NCBI GenBank assembly: GCA_015232855.1
Contig: JADFYW010000005.1
Span: 19,926-83,925, forward strand
Length of the DNA: 64,000 nucleotides
Direction of reading: 5' to 3'
From: Fibrobacteria bacterium
GTDB lineage: Bacteria > Fibrobacterota > Fibrobacteria > UBA11236 > JADFYW01
Shown: positions 24,339-34,243 of the stretch, in pieces
Layout of the letters: every line of letters starts with the position of its first letter
Numbering within the stretch: position 1 is the stretch's first letter
Notes under the pieces: model-generated
What the model was told of the DNA's origin: nothing
Database searches by the model: none
What the model saw: only the letters and a program-made list of their open reading frames with translations
Translations under genes and position numbers: made by a program

Positions 24339-25520
24339 TCAATCCAAATTTTCAATAATGCCTGCTGCGCCCATGCCGCCTCCTATGCACATAGACACCA
24401 TACCATATTTCACTTTTCTTCTTTTCATTTCGTTAATCAGTTTGGTTGTTAATATTGCTCCCGTCGCGCCCAAAGGATGCCCCAGAGCTATAGCGCCTCC
24501 ATTTACATTTACAATGGCCGGATCCAGTTTTAGTGTATTGATAACCGCAATGGCCTGAGAGGCAAAGGCTTCATTTAATTCAATTAAACCAATATCTTTC
24601 AATTCCAGATTAACCTGCTTTAATACCTTGGGAATCGCTTCTACGGGACCAATCCCCATCAGTTCCGGTGGTACTCCAGCCACACTATACCCAACCAACC
24701 GGGCAATGGGTTTAATTTTTAAGGCCTTGGCTTTGTCTTCCGACATTACAATAACACACCCGGCCCCATCACTCATCTGGGAGGCATTTCCCGCCGTAAC
24801 CGTTCCATTTATCTTAAAAGCAGTTTTCAGGCCAGCAAGCACTTCAAGAGTGGTGTCTGCACGGGGACCCTCGTCCGTGGTGAAAGATATTTTATCCGTC
24901 CTTTTTTTGCCGTCTTTGCCTATTGAGGTATAGTCAAACTCTACGGGTACTATTTCGGATTCAAATTTTTTTTCTGTTATAGCTTTTGCTGCCCGCTGGT
25001 GACTTTCTACAGCAAAGGCGTCCTGATCCTCCCGTCTCACCTTGTATTTTTCTGCCACCCGCTCAGCAGTTATACCCATTGAAAAATAGACTTCCGGTGA
25101 ATTATCCACCAGGTCGGGATTGGGTGCAAGTTTATTACCAGTCATAGGAATAAGCGACATTGATTCTGTTCCGCCTGCTATAACAACATCATTTCGGCCC
25201 ACAGCTATAGAATCACTGGCCAGTGCGATAGATTGTAAACCCGAGGAACAAAAACGATTTATTGTATAGGCAGAAACCGAATGAGGTAAACCTCCAACAA
25301 ACTTGGCAATATTAGCCATATTCATCCCGGCTTCTCCTTCAGGCATAGCACAACCCAGTACGATATCATCCACTGCTTCTTTAGGAAGATTTGGAGTCCG
25401 CTCCAGAGCAGCTTTAAATACCAGGCCGGCCAGGTCATCAGGCCTGTAATTAACCAGGGTCCCCCGTTTCGCCTTACCAACCGGGGTTCTGACTGCCGCA
25501 ACTATCACAGGATTTTTCAT
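24339..25520 (-). CDS. fadA: acetyl-CoA C-acyltransferase / 3-ketoacyl-CoA thiolase
   Basis: Motifs NRFCSSGLQSIA (active-site Cys), NEAFASQ, GGAIALGHPLGATG and CIGGGMGAA. Confidence 0.95.
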   Translation of the reverse strand: MKNPVIVAAVRTPVGKAKRGTLVNYRPDDLAGLVFKAALERTPNLPKEAVDDIVLGCAMPEGEAGMNMANIAKFVGGLPHSVSAYTINRFCSSGLQSIALASDSIAVGRNDVVIAGGTESMSLIPMTGNKLAPNPDLVDNSPEVYFSMGITAERVAEKYKVRREDQDAFAVESHQRAAKAITEKKFESEIVPVEFDYTSIGKDGKKRTDKISFTTDEGPRADTTLEVLAGLKTAFKINGTVTAGNASQMSDGAGCVIVMSEDKAKALKIKPIARLVGYSVAGVPPELMGIGPVEAIPKVLKQVNLELKDIGLIELNEAFASQAIAVINTLKLDPAIVNVNGGAIALGHPLGATGAILTTKLINEMKRRKVKYGMVSMCIGGGMGAAGIIENLD

Positions 25521-25564
25521 TTTTGCCTCCTAACTTATTTAATAACTCTTGGCGTCCTTTGCGG

Positions 25565-27916
25565 TTAATTCCTCAACGGCTTTCCTTTTTCCAGCATGTA
25601 TTTTATTCTTTCCTGCGTTTTCCGGGTGCCGCACAGACGTAGGAAATGTTCCCGCTCCAGATCAAGCAGATACTGTTCACTGACTTCCTGTGGTCCACTG
25701 ATGTCACCACCAGTCATAACTTTACCTATGACGGTAGCAATATGTTCGTCATGTTCACTGATAAAGCCACCTTCCCGCATACCACTTACCATTAATTTAA
25801 TAAGTGCCAGGCCCGGACGCCCCATCACCGGTATATTGGTCCTTGGTGTACCAGGTGTATAACCTGATTCGGCAAGACCAATAACTGCCTGTTTGGCTTT
25901 GTGTATGAGTTGGTCGTTATTTACAATTACCTTGTCTGCTGATGTTAAAAAACCCATTTGCCTTGCTTCTTCCCCACTGGTAGCAACCTTCGCCATCCCT
26001 ATGGTTTCAAATACTTTTTGCAGAAAGGGAAGTTCCACGGCACCCTTAGGAGCCTTATCCATGGCCCGCATGAGCATCTCTTTGGTCCCACCTCCTGCAG
26101 GTAACAACCCCACACCAACTTCAACAAGGCCCATATATGTTTCTGCTGCAGCTACAATCTGGTCAGAATGAATACTCACTTCACATCCGCCTCCAAGAGT
26201 CATACCAAAAGGTGCTGCAACCACAGGGCGCGGTGAATATCTAAAGCGCATATTCATTTGCTGGAACTGTCTGATCATAAGTTCAATATCATCCCATTCC
26301 TCTTCCATGATGCTCATGAGAATCATCATTATATTTGCGCCCGCACAGAAATGAGCACCCTGGTTAGCGATTACCAAACCACGGAAATTTTTCTCCACCT
26401 CTTCCATTGCCTTCTTTGAGAAAGAAATTATTTCTCCACCAATGGCATTCATTTTCGTATGAAATTCGAGGCATGCAACCCCGTCTCCCAGGTCAATTAA
26501 ACTGGCTCCAGAATTTTCACACACTGTTTTTTCCTGTGCCTTTAAGTTCTTGAGTATAAGTACATTCGGACCACGGTCCCGTTCTTTATAATCACCTGCA
26601 TTAAAATCATAGAAATATTCCACACCCTTTTCTGTTTTGTAAAATGTTTTATGACCTGCTTCCAGGAATTTACTGATATTTTCAGGCAGTTCCCTGCCTT
26701 CTTTTTTAAGATACTCGGCTACTTTATTCACACCTAATATATCCCAGGTACCAAAAGGGCCTATTTCCCAGCCAAACCCCCACTGCATAGCATTATCAAT
26801 ATCCACAATACTATCCGTTATCTCCCCCATACGCTTGGCACAATAAAGAAGGGTGGATGAAAGGTTTTTCCATAAAAATTTTGAGGCTCCATCCTGAGCA
26901 CTTGTCATTGCTCTTATTTTACCTGCTGCCGTATCTTCAGAACGAGCCAGGGCAATTGAGGGAAATGAAAGCTTTTCTTTATTTACATACTCACCGGTTT
27001 TATGATCGAGATGTAATATTTCTTTCTTTTTGGTTCTGCTAAAAAAGCCCTTGCCTGATTTAGCACCTAAGGCACCATCTTTAATCAGTTTGACAAGAAA
27101 TGCCGGAGTTTTAAACATGTCCCGTTCATCATCTTCAGGGCAATATTCATACAGGTTATTTGCCACGTGGGCAAGAGTATCCAGTCCCACCAGGTCACCC
27201 GTGCGGAATGTCGCGCTTTTTGCATGGCCAATATTAGTCCCGGTAAAAGCGTCAATTTCCTGAATGGAATAACCATCCTCTACCATGGTCCGCATAGCAT
27301 GCATGATAGCATACATCCCGATTCTGTTCGCTATAAAATTAGGAGTATCTTTACATACCACAATACCCTTTCCAAGTACATCGCTACCAAAGTTCTTCAT
27401 AAAGGAAATTACTTCAGGTAATGTATCTCTACCCGGAATAATTTCCAGGAGTTTAAGATACCGGGGAGGATTAAAAAAGTGCATACCAAAAAAATGCTGA
27501 CGCATATCTTCAGTACAGTCCGCAGCCATTTCATTAATAAGCAGACCGGAAGTATTGGAAGCAACAAGAGTCCCGGGCTTCCTGTTCTCATCAATTTTTT
27601 TAAAGAACTCTTTTTTGACATCCATTCGCTCTATGATTACTTCGAGAATAAGATCACATTCCGCTATCTTTTCCAAGTCATCATCAAAATTCCCCAGCTC
27701 AATCAAAGAAGCAAAATCTTTTAGATAAAACGAGGCTGGTTTGGATTTCACAACGGAAGCAAGTCCCGCTCTGGCAACTGCATTTCTATCATTACCATCC
27801 TTTGCGGGAAGATCCATAAGGATACTTGGGATACCCACATTGGCAAAATGAGCGGCAATCGCGCTACCCATTACACCGGAACCCATAACAGCTACTTTTT
27901 TAATTCTATCTTCCAT
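25565..27916 (-). CDS. bifunctional 3-hydroxyacyl-CoA dehydrogenase / enoyl-CoA hydratase (dehydrogenase N-terminal, crotonase C-terminal; FadN-like order)
   Basis: Rossmann motif VAVMGSGVMGSAIAAHFA. HFFNPPRYLKLLEII. Crotonase part VIANQGAHFCAGANI...GGGCEVSIHSD. GAGGT SD favours ATG 27916 over 27922. Confidence 0.9.
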   Translation of the reverse strand: MEDRIKKVAVMGSGVMGSAIAAHFANVGIPSILMDLPAKDGNDRNAVARAGLASVVKSKPASFYLKDFASLIELGNFDDDLEKIAECDLILEVIIERMDVKKEFFKKIDENRKPGTLVASNTSGLLINEMAADCTEDMRQHFFGMHFFNPPRYLKLLEIIPGRDTLPEVISFMKNFGSDVLGKGIVVCKDTPNFIANRIGMYAIMHAMRTMVEDGYSIQEIDAFTGTNIGHAKSATFRTGDLVGLDTLAHVANNLYEYCPEDDERDMFKTPAFLVKLIKDGALGAKSGKGFFSRTKKKEILHLDHKTGEYVNKEKLSFPSIALARSEDTAAGKIRAMTSAQDGASKFLWKNLSSTLLYCAKRMGEITDSIVDIDNAMQWGFGWEIGPFGTWDILGVNKVAEYLKKEGRELPENISKFLEAGHKTFYKTEKGVEYFYDFNAGDYKERDRGPNVLILKNLKAQEKTVCENSGASLIDLGDGVACLEFHTKMNAIGGEIISFSKKAMEEVEKNFRGLVIANQGAHFCAGANIMMILMSIMEEEWDDIELMIRQFQQMNMRFRYSPRPVVAAPFGMTLGGGCEVSIHSDQIVAAAETYMGLVEVGVGLLPAGGGTKEMLMRAMDKAPKGAVELPFLQKVFETIGMAKVATSGEEARQMGFLTSADKVIVNNDQLIHKAKQAVIGLAESGYTPGTPRTNIPVMGRPGLALIKLMVSGMREGGFISEHDEHIATVIGKVMTGGDISGPQEVSEQYLLDLEREHFLRLCGTRKTQERIKYMLEKGKPLRN

Positions 27917-28033
27917 TGTCATACCTCTTTTTTATTATTTGTCATTGCCCGGTTAGGAAATTGTTTTACTAATTGATACAATATGCCAAATATCATTACC
28001 TGGCCTGTTAAGCTGAAAAAAACTTTCTGGACC

Positions 28034-28061
28034 TGTCATTACCCGGCTTGACCTGGTAATC
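28034..28061. repeat. REP-like hairpin, single copy, inside the operon
   Basis: GTCATTACCCGGCTTGACCTGGTAATCC lies between the Fe-S oxidoreductase and dehydrogenase genes. A truncated GTCATTGCCCGG is at 27941-27952. Confidence 0.8.
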
Positions 28062-28103
28062 CATCTCAGGATCGACGATTTGATGGCATTTTCGATAAAC
28101 ATC

Positions 28104-30206
28104 TTATTCACATGCCTCATTCAAAATTTCTGCTACATCTTTTACTTTAACATCCTCATCTTTGTTCAGACTCTTAGTTCCATCAGTGAGCATAGTCAAA
28201 CAATAAGGGCAACAAGAAGCAATGGTGTCTGCACCCGTATCTACTGCTTCCTGGGTACGATTAACATTAATTGCAGTGCCCAGTTTTTCTTCCATCCACA
28301 TGCGCCCGCCACCCGCACCACAGCAAAAACTATTCTTCCGATTTCGGTCCAGTTCGGATAACTGTGCGCCAGGAACTGCGTTAATTATCTTCCGGGGAGG
28401 CTCCAGAATACTATTGTAACGGGTAAGGTAACACGATTCATGCAGTGTTATTTTCCCTTGCAGCTCCTTATTTGGTTTCAGTTTACCTTCATCCAGCAGT
28501 TTAGCCAATATTTCGGTATGGTGATAAACCTCATACTCACCACCAAGCTGAGCGTATTCATTTTTAAGGATATTATATCCATGAGGGCAGGATGCTATAA
28601 TTTTTTTAACCTTATAGCGCCCAAAGGTTTCAATGTTTTGCTGTATCAGCATCTGAGCCAGGTATTCGTTACCCGCTCTTCGCGCCGAATCTCCGCAACA
28701 ACCTTCTTCAGCTCCAAGTATGGCAAAATCCACTCCCGCTTTCTGTAGCAAACTAGCGACGGCAGTTGACACTTTCTGGTTCCGGTCATCAAAAGAGCCC
28801 GCACAACCCACATAATACAGATATTCGGCATCTTGTTTTTCTGCCATCAGTGGTACATTCAATGGCTTTGCCCAGTCACCGCGGGTTTCCGCCCCCAGGC
28901 TCCAGGGGTTCGAATTATTTTCCATACCTTTGAAGGCCTCATTCATTTCTTCAGGAAAATCAGATTCCATCATTACCAGGTACCGGCGCAAATCAATGAG
29001 TTTAGGGAATTGATGAATATAGGCAGGACAGGCTTCCACACAGGCCATGCAGGTGGTACAGGCCCATGCCGTATCTTTATCTACACATTCACCAATAAGT
29101 GCCGGACCTTTGTATTCTTCGTCGGGCACTATCTTTGCTTTGCCATCTTCTCCCATCACAAATTTTGATTTTTCTTCGAGATGGTTTCTCATATTCTGAA
29201 TCACATCCCTCGGACGAAGGGGTTTATCGGTATTATAAGCCGGGCACACTTCAACACAACGTCCACAGCGCATACAGGCTTCAGTATCAAACAAGTCTTT
29301 CCAGGTATATTCTTCTATGTTATGAACACCAAAAGTCTCCGCATTTTCAAAGATTTCTGGTGACATTATTTTTAAAGGTGCCTGCTGTGAATCTGAACGG
29401 AGAAAAATATTCACTGGTGTCATAAACATATGTAATAATTTTGAGTAGGCAATATACACAATAAAAGACAGTGAAAAAGCGAGATGGGTCCACCAGATGA
29501 AGCGGTGAAACGTTTCAGCAGCTTTCACACTTGAACCCGCAAAAAGGAAAGCAAACAAACGTCCTACCGGCGAAAACCAAACATAGGGCCCCATGGGGTT
29601 TCCGGCCTGGAGCTCTGTTGCCTGCATCCGCAACGCCTCTACACAAAAGCCAGAAGCCAGAATCAGCAGCAACAACCAGAGAATCGTCGTATCTTGAATT
29701 CTGTTATCCAGCCAGGCCGGGCGCAAAAAATATCGGCGAACAAGGGCAGCCATTACCGCTAGTAAAGCTAGACCGCCCCCAATATCAGCAGCCATCGAAA
29801 AAAACAGATAAAAATTTCCTTTAAGAAAAGTTACTCCTAACAAAGGTGAGGTAACATCAGCCTGGATAAACACAAGAGTCGTAGCCGCAACAAGGGTTAA
29901 AAATCCCCAGAAAAGACAAAAATGAATAGCACCCATCACGGGCCTTTCAAGAATCTTTTTATGTGTGAGTATTTCTACCAGGGCCTTTACAGCTCTGCCA
30001 GCCTTATCAGAGAGTCTATCATCATCAGTTGCAATACCAAGGCGCCACATCTTAAACCTTGTTAAAAATCCACCCTTAACCAGGCCATGTACAAAAAGCC
30101 CCATTGCGATAAATACCAGCCCATACATGACTATCTGTGTAACAGGAAAGCTTTCAACTGCTACGTTCCAATAAATTTCACGAGTAATAGTGTTTCCGGT
30201 ATTCAT
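28104..30206 (-). CDS. membrane-bound Fe-S oxidoreductase (NarI/HdrE-like membrane domain + 2x[4Fe-4S] + two CCG domains), candidate ETF:menaquinone oxidoreductase
   Basis: The N-terminal roughly 270 aa contain about 6 TM helices. Ferredoxin motifs CMRCGRCVEVCP and CTTCMACVEACP. CCG-type cysteine clusters VGCAGSFD, CCGD, SCPHG and FCCGAGGG...CCPYC. It sits directly next to etfAB. Confidence 0.8.
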   Translation of the reverse strand: MNTGNTITREIYWNVAVESFPVTQIVMYGLVFIAMGLFVHGLVKGGFLTRFKMWRLGIATDDDRLSDKAGRAVKALVEILTHKKILERPVMGAIHFCLFWGFLTLVAATTLVFIQADVTSPLLGVTFLKGNFYLFFSMAADIGGGLALLAVMAALVRRYFLRPAWLDNRIQDTTILWLLLLILASGFCVEALRMQATELQAGNPMGPYVWFSPVGRLFAFLFAGSSVKAAETFHRFIWWTHLAFSLSFIVYIAYSKLLHMFMTPVNIFLRSDSQQAPLKIMSPEIFENAETFGVHNIEEYTWKDLFDTEACMRCGRCVEVCPAYNTDKPLRPRDVIQNMRNHLEEKSKFVMGEDGKAKIVPDEEYKGPALIGECVDKDTAWACTTCMACVEACPAYIHQFPKLIDLRRYLVMMESDFPEEMNEAFKGMENNSNPWSLGAETRGDWAKPLNVPLMAEKQDAEYLYYVGCAGSFDDRNQKVSTAVASLLQKAGVDFAILGAEEGCCGDSARRAGNEYLAQMLIQQNIETFGRYKVKKIIASCPHGYNILKNEYAQLGGEYEVYHHTEILAKLLDEGKLKPNKELQGKITLHESCYLTRYNSILEPPRKIINAVPGAQLSELDRNRKNSFCCGAGGGRMWMEEKLGTAINVNRTQEAVDTGADTIASCCPYCLTMLTDGTKSLNKDEDVKVKDVAEILNEACE

Positions 30207-30321
30207 ATCAGCCTCGCTTTGTTATTTTATTCATCGTTTTTTCCGGCCGTTTTGCTTGTCATCACCCACCTCTTCAAGGGCTGGTTACAATTATTCCTGC
30301 TCCAAACGTAAAGGACGTGAT

Positions 30322-30388
30322 GGACAGCCCGGTCAAATCCGCCTCCGTAGCTTGATTCGGAAGGCGGGAGAGCGGGCCAGACAATGAC
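30322..30388. repeat. degenerate REP-like hairpin carrying an extra internal hairpin
   Basis: GGACAGCCCGGTCAA ... GCGGGCCAGACAATGAC flank TCCGCCTCCG-tagcttgatt-CGGAAGGCGGGA. Located between etfA and the Fe-S oxidoreductase gene. Confidence 0.5.
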
Positions 30389-30417
30389 AAATTATGGGAT
30401 ATAAACAGTAATTATTT

Positions 30418-31380
30418 TTATCCGGCCAATTTGCCTAGTTCCTCTTTGAGGGCAGGAACGACTTCAAACAGGTCACCTACAATACCATAATCTGCGATTT
30501 TAAAAATAGGTGCATCAGCGTCTTTGTTGATAGCGACAATAATCTTGGATGTACGCATTCCCGCCAGATGTTGAATTGCACCAGAAATACCACAAGCAAT
30601 GTAGAGATCCGGTGTCACCACCTTTCCGGTCTGCCCCACCTGGTTGGTATGATCAATCCAGCCAGAATCAACTGCCGCGCGGCTTGCACCAATTGCACCG
30701 CCTAATTGGTCGGCAAGTTCCTGAAGCATGGCAAACGGTTCAGGCCCACCCAGACCCCTCCCACCAGAGACAACAATACGGGCTTCACTCAGATCTATTT
30801 TCCCCTCAGATGCACGAACGATATCTTTAATAACCGTACGGATGCTAAGTTCAGGCATACTTCTTGTTTCTACTTCAGGCTTTGCGTCTCCGTCTGTCTC
30901 AACGGTAAACAGATTAGGCCTAAGGGATACCATCTGTAAACTATCAGTGAGTTTAATTTCCTGGATAGCCTTACCGGCAAACACAGGTTTTTTCACCACA
31001 CAGGCACCGTCCCAGTCCAGGCCAATCACATCCTGGGCCAATTCACAGGCAAGACGCCCGGCAAGGGACGCACATAATTCTTTGCCTAAAAAAGAAGCGG
31101 AACCGATAATGACCGTAGCACTTAATTCCCCGACCAGTTCTTTTACAATACCCACATAAGCATCATTTGAATAGTTCTCCAGCTTTTCGTCATCATAGAG
31201 AAACAATTTTTTAATGTTAAACCCAGCTAATTTATCCGCCTGGGACTCCAGGGAACGACCAACCAGCACAGCATTTACATCCAGTCCGGCTTTTTTACCA
31301 AGTGCAGCAGCGGCAGAGGCAGCTTCCAATGCGCAGCTTCTCAGTTCACCTCTCTGTTCAAGTATTACCAGTATGCTCAT
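30418..31380 (-). CDS. etfA: electron transfer flavoprotein alpha subunit
   Basis: MSILVILEQRGE start (ATG 31380; the track start is GTG 31386). FAD-binding signature PDLYIACGISGAIQHLAGM. Confidence 0.9.
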   Translation of the reverse strand: MSILVILEQRGELRSCALEAASAAAALGKKAGLDVNAVLVGRSLESQADKLAGFNIKKLFLYDDEKLENYSNDAYVGIVKELVGELSATVIIGSASFLGKELCASLAGRLACELAQDVIGLDWDGACVVKKPVFAGKAIQEIKLTDSLQMVSLRPNLFTVETDGDAKPEVETRSMPELSIRTVIKDIVRASEGKIDLSEARIVVSGGRGLGGPEPFAMLQELADQLGGAIGASRAAVDSGWIDHTNQVGQTGKVVTPDLYIACGISGAIQHLAGMRTSKIIVAINKDADAPIFKIADYGIVGDLFEVVPALKEELGKLAG

Positions 31381-31439
31381 AATCACCTCACTCCTTATAG
31401 CTGAATTAAGCGGTGCGTTAGCAACCGCTTCAATGAAAC

Positions 31440-32231
31440 TTATGCCCTTTGGGTATAAATTACTTTTTCATCTTCTTTCAAAATATTTACTAACTCTGCA
31501 ACTCGCGCGGGGGTATCCCCTTCCAGGACTCTTCCACCTGAACGTTCCCTGGGATATTCCATTGAGGTCACCTCCAGACCGGAAGTAATATCAGCTTCTG
31601 ACACACCAATATCAGCAAGGCTTAACTCTTTGATCTCTTTTTTCTTGGCTTTCATGATATTTGGAAGTTTTGGATATCGTGGTGTGTTCAGTCCCTTTTG
31701 AGCAGTGAAAAGAGCTGGCAGGGGGATTTCCATATTATAGCTGCCTCCCTCGATTTCCCGGACCACCTCTACTTTGCCTTCTCCGAGAATAAACCCATTA
31801 ATAACAGAAGCATGGGAAATATTAAGTAGTTCCGCTACTCGCTCAGCAACCTGTGATCCATCATCATCAACGGCCTGTTTGCCAGCAAAGATGAGGTCTA
31901 CTCCCATATCTTTTAAAGCACCTGCAAGACATATGGCAACACCTTTACCCGTAGCTTTTGTAATCGCATCATCCTTTACCAAAACACCGGAATCCGCTCC
32001 CATAGCCAGGGCCATTCTCATAGTTTCTTTGCATTCTTCACCTCCCGCAGAAACGACTACCACCTCACACTCACCTTTTTCTGCCAGCTGAACAGCCTGC
32101 TCAACAGCATGTTCATCATAAGGACTCAGTACAAATTTTAAACCATCCGTTTCTACGGATTTATTATCCGGACCAATTTTAATAACCGATGCGGTATCCG
32201 GTACTCTTTTTACTATTACAGCTATTTTCAT
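31440..32231 (-). CDS. etfB: electron transfer flavoprotein beta subunit
   Basis: Motifs MKIAVIVKRVPD, NPYDEHAVE-like SPYDEHAVEQAV, and LIFAGKQAVDDDGSQV. Confidence 0.9.
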   Translation of the reverse strand: MKIAVIVKRVPDTASVIKIGPDNKSVETDGLKFVLSPYDEHAVEQAVQLAEKGECEVVVVSAGGEECKETMRMALAMGADSGVLVKDDAITKATGKGVAICLAGALKDMGVDLIFAGKQAVDDDGSQVAERVAELLNISHASVINGFILGEGKVEVVREIEGGSYNMEIPLPALFTAQKGLNTPRYPKLPNIMKAKKKEIKELSLADIGVSEADITSGLEVTSMEYPRERSGGRVLEGDTPARVAELVNILKEDEKVIYTQRA

Positions 32232-32278
32232 CGTCTCTGCTCCTTGCTAAAGGTGTTGTAAAAAGCCTTTAATTCATT

Positions 32279-34063
32279 CTAGTTGTTATACATTTTTTCG
32301 ATCAACTTTTTGTGTTTCTCGCCCACCACACGACGTTTTAATTTGAGTGATGGAGTTAGTTCTGCATTATCTATAGTGAAATCTTCCGCAAGCAGTGTGA
32401 TTTTTTTAACCTGATGATAACCAGATAAATCAGCCTGACAGGCATCCACTCTCTCTAAAAAATATTCAAGCACATCATACTTCTGTACAAGCTCGGCCAT
32501 ATCCTTGTAGTTGATTTCTTTTTCTTCGGCTAATTCTTTCAGTTTTTCAAAATCGGGTACCAGCAGGGCAACCAGGTAAGACTGCTTATCGCCGTATACC
32601 GCTGCCTCGGTTATAAACGGATCCAATTTCAGTAAATTTTCAAGAATTTGTGGCGCCACATTCTTTCCATTAGCGGTAACAATCAGGTCTTTTTTCCTAT
32701 CTGTTATTTTGAGATAGCCGTCTTCAAGTTCACCAATATCACCGGTATGTAACCAGCCTTCCCCATCAATAATTTCTTTTGAAGCCTCGTCATTCTTAAA
32801 ATAGCCCTTCATAATATTAGGACCCTTAGCCAGGATTTCGCCGTCTTCAGCAATTTTCACCTCAACATTATCCAGTGGCCTTCCCACTGTGCCCAGGCTT
32901 AATCCCATCTGGCTATTAACTGCAAGAACGGGAGATGTTTCGGTAAGCCCGTATCCCTCATAAATTAAAATCCCAGCGCTTCCAAAAAACTCCGCTATAT
33001 CCTTACTGAGGGGAGCTCCACCCGATATAAAAAATTTCAAGTTTCCGCCCAGTTTGACTTTCAGTTTATCAAAGACCAACTTAGCGGCAATTTTCTTATG
33101 AAGTGACAAAAGACCTGGCTGGGCATTACCGGCTATCTGATTATGAAAATAGGCTTTCCCGGTCTTTACCGCCCATGAAAATATTTTCTTTTTAACCGGA
33201 GAGCCCTTTTCAACGGCGTCTATAACTTTGGCATACATTTTTTCGTATAGACGAGGTACACTCACAGCCAGATCCGGTTTGGCTTCTACCAGATTGTCTG
33301 GTACCGTCTCCACACTCTCAGCATACCATATAGCAATACCACTGAGAAAGGTGGTATAATAACCTGCAGTCCGCTCCAACACATGACAAAGAGGTAAAAA
33401 TGACAGACAGGAATTAATTTCTGACAAATCAACTCTTCGCGTACATGCATCCACATTACTCAGGAAATTTTCATGGCTCAGCATGACCCCTTTTGGTTTA
33501 CCGGTGGTGCCTGAGGTATATATAATTGAAGCAGTATCTGTTGATTTCAAACCCAACAGTCGTTTTTCAATTTCAGGCTGGTTTTTTTCAATATCATTAT
33601 GCCCACTTGACTTTACGTCTGTCATACTAAGCACATCCACAACATCACTTGAAAGTGTCTCCATGGTAATTATAGAGCATAGACTTCCAAGACTCCCTTT
33701 TACAGCTTCAAGTTTTTTCACGATAGTGGCATTAGACGCGATAAGAAATTTCGCTTCAGAATGCTCGATTATGTATTCCATATCTTCAGGACTGCTATTA
33801 ACAAATAGTGGAACATTAATACCACCAAGCTGCATTATGGATATGTCAGAAATCACCCATTCGGGGCGATTTTCACTGACGAGCACCACTTTATCACCGG
33901 GAGTAAGTCCTAAAGACAATAATCCCGAGCTAAAAAATTTTATATCACTCTTTAATTGTGTGTAAGGAACACCATGATACTGACCTGATTCCTTGTAATA
34001 GAGTGCATTTTTACTACCATTTTTTTCGATAACTTCTAAAATTTTTTGCGGTATTGTGCTCAT
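32279..34063 (-). CDS. fadD: long-chain fatty acid--CoA ligase (AMP-forming)
   Basis: AMP-binding motifs YTSGTTGKPKGVMLSH, YGLTETS, GWLHTGDIG and KLKRR. Confidence 0.9.
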   Translation of the reverse strand: MSTIPQKILEVIEKNGSKNALYYKESGQYHGVPYTQLKSDIKFFSSGLLSLGLTPGDKVVLVSENRPEWVISDISIMQLGGINVPLFVNSSPEDMEYIIEHSEAKFLIASNATIVKKLEAVKGSLGSLCSIITMETLSSDVVDVLSMTDVKSSGHNDIEKNQPEIEKRLLGLKSTDTASIIYTSGTTGKPKGVMLSHENFLSNVDACTRRVDLSEINSCLSFLPLCHVLERTAGYYTTFLSGIAIWYAESVETVPDNLVEAKPDLAVSVPRLYEKMYAKVIDAVEKGSPVKKKIFSWAVKTGKAYFHNQIAGNAQPGLLSLHKKIAAKLVFDKLKVKLGGNLKFFISGGAPLSKDIAEFFGSAGILIYEGYGLTETSPVLAVNSQMGLSLGTVGRPLDNVEVKIAEDGEILAKGPNIMKGYFKNDEASKEIIDGEGWLHTGDIGELEDGYLKITDRKKDLIVTANGKNVAPQILENLLKLDPFITEAAVYGDKQSYLVALLVPDFEKLKELAEEKEINYKDMAELVQKYDVLEYFLERVDACQADLSGYHQVKKITLLAEDFTIDNAELTPSLKLKRRVVGEKHKKLIEKMYNN

Positions 34064-34221
34064 ATCAGTCCTTCAGGATAGTTAACCTATTATCTAAATA
34101 TTTATTTATAAAAGCTATAGAAAAAGAATTGCGCCAAACAACTATGTTATTGCAAAAATAATGCCATGAAAGTGGGCTATTTGGCCAAAAAACCACACCA
34201 TGGTTGGTGTTAATCACCTAT

Positions 34222-34243
34222 ACTGCGCAATTTTTTGCGCAGT
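34222..34243. promoter_or_regulatory. perfect 22-bp palindrome, candidate operator or RNA hairpin between the transport triad and fadD
   Basis: ACTGCGCAA-TTTT-TTGCGCAGT, about 160-180 nt upstream of the fadD start. No convincing U-tract on the transcribed (minus) strand. Confidence 0.3.
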
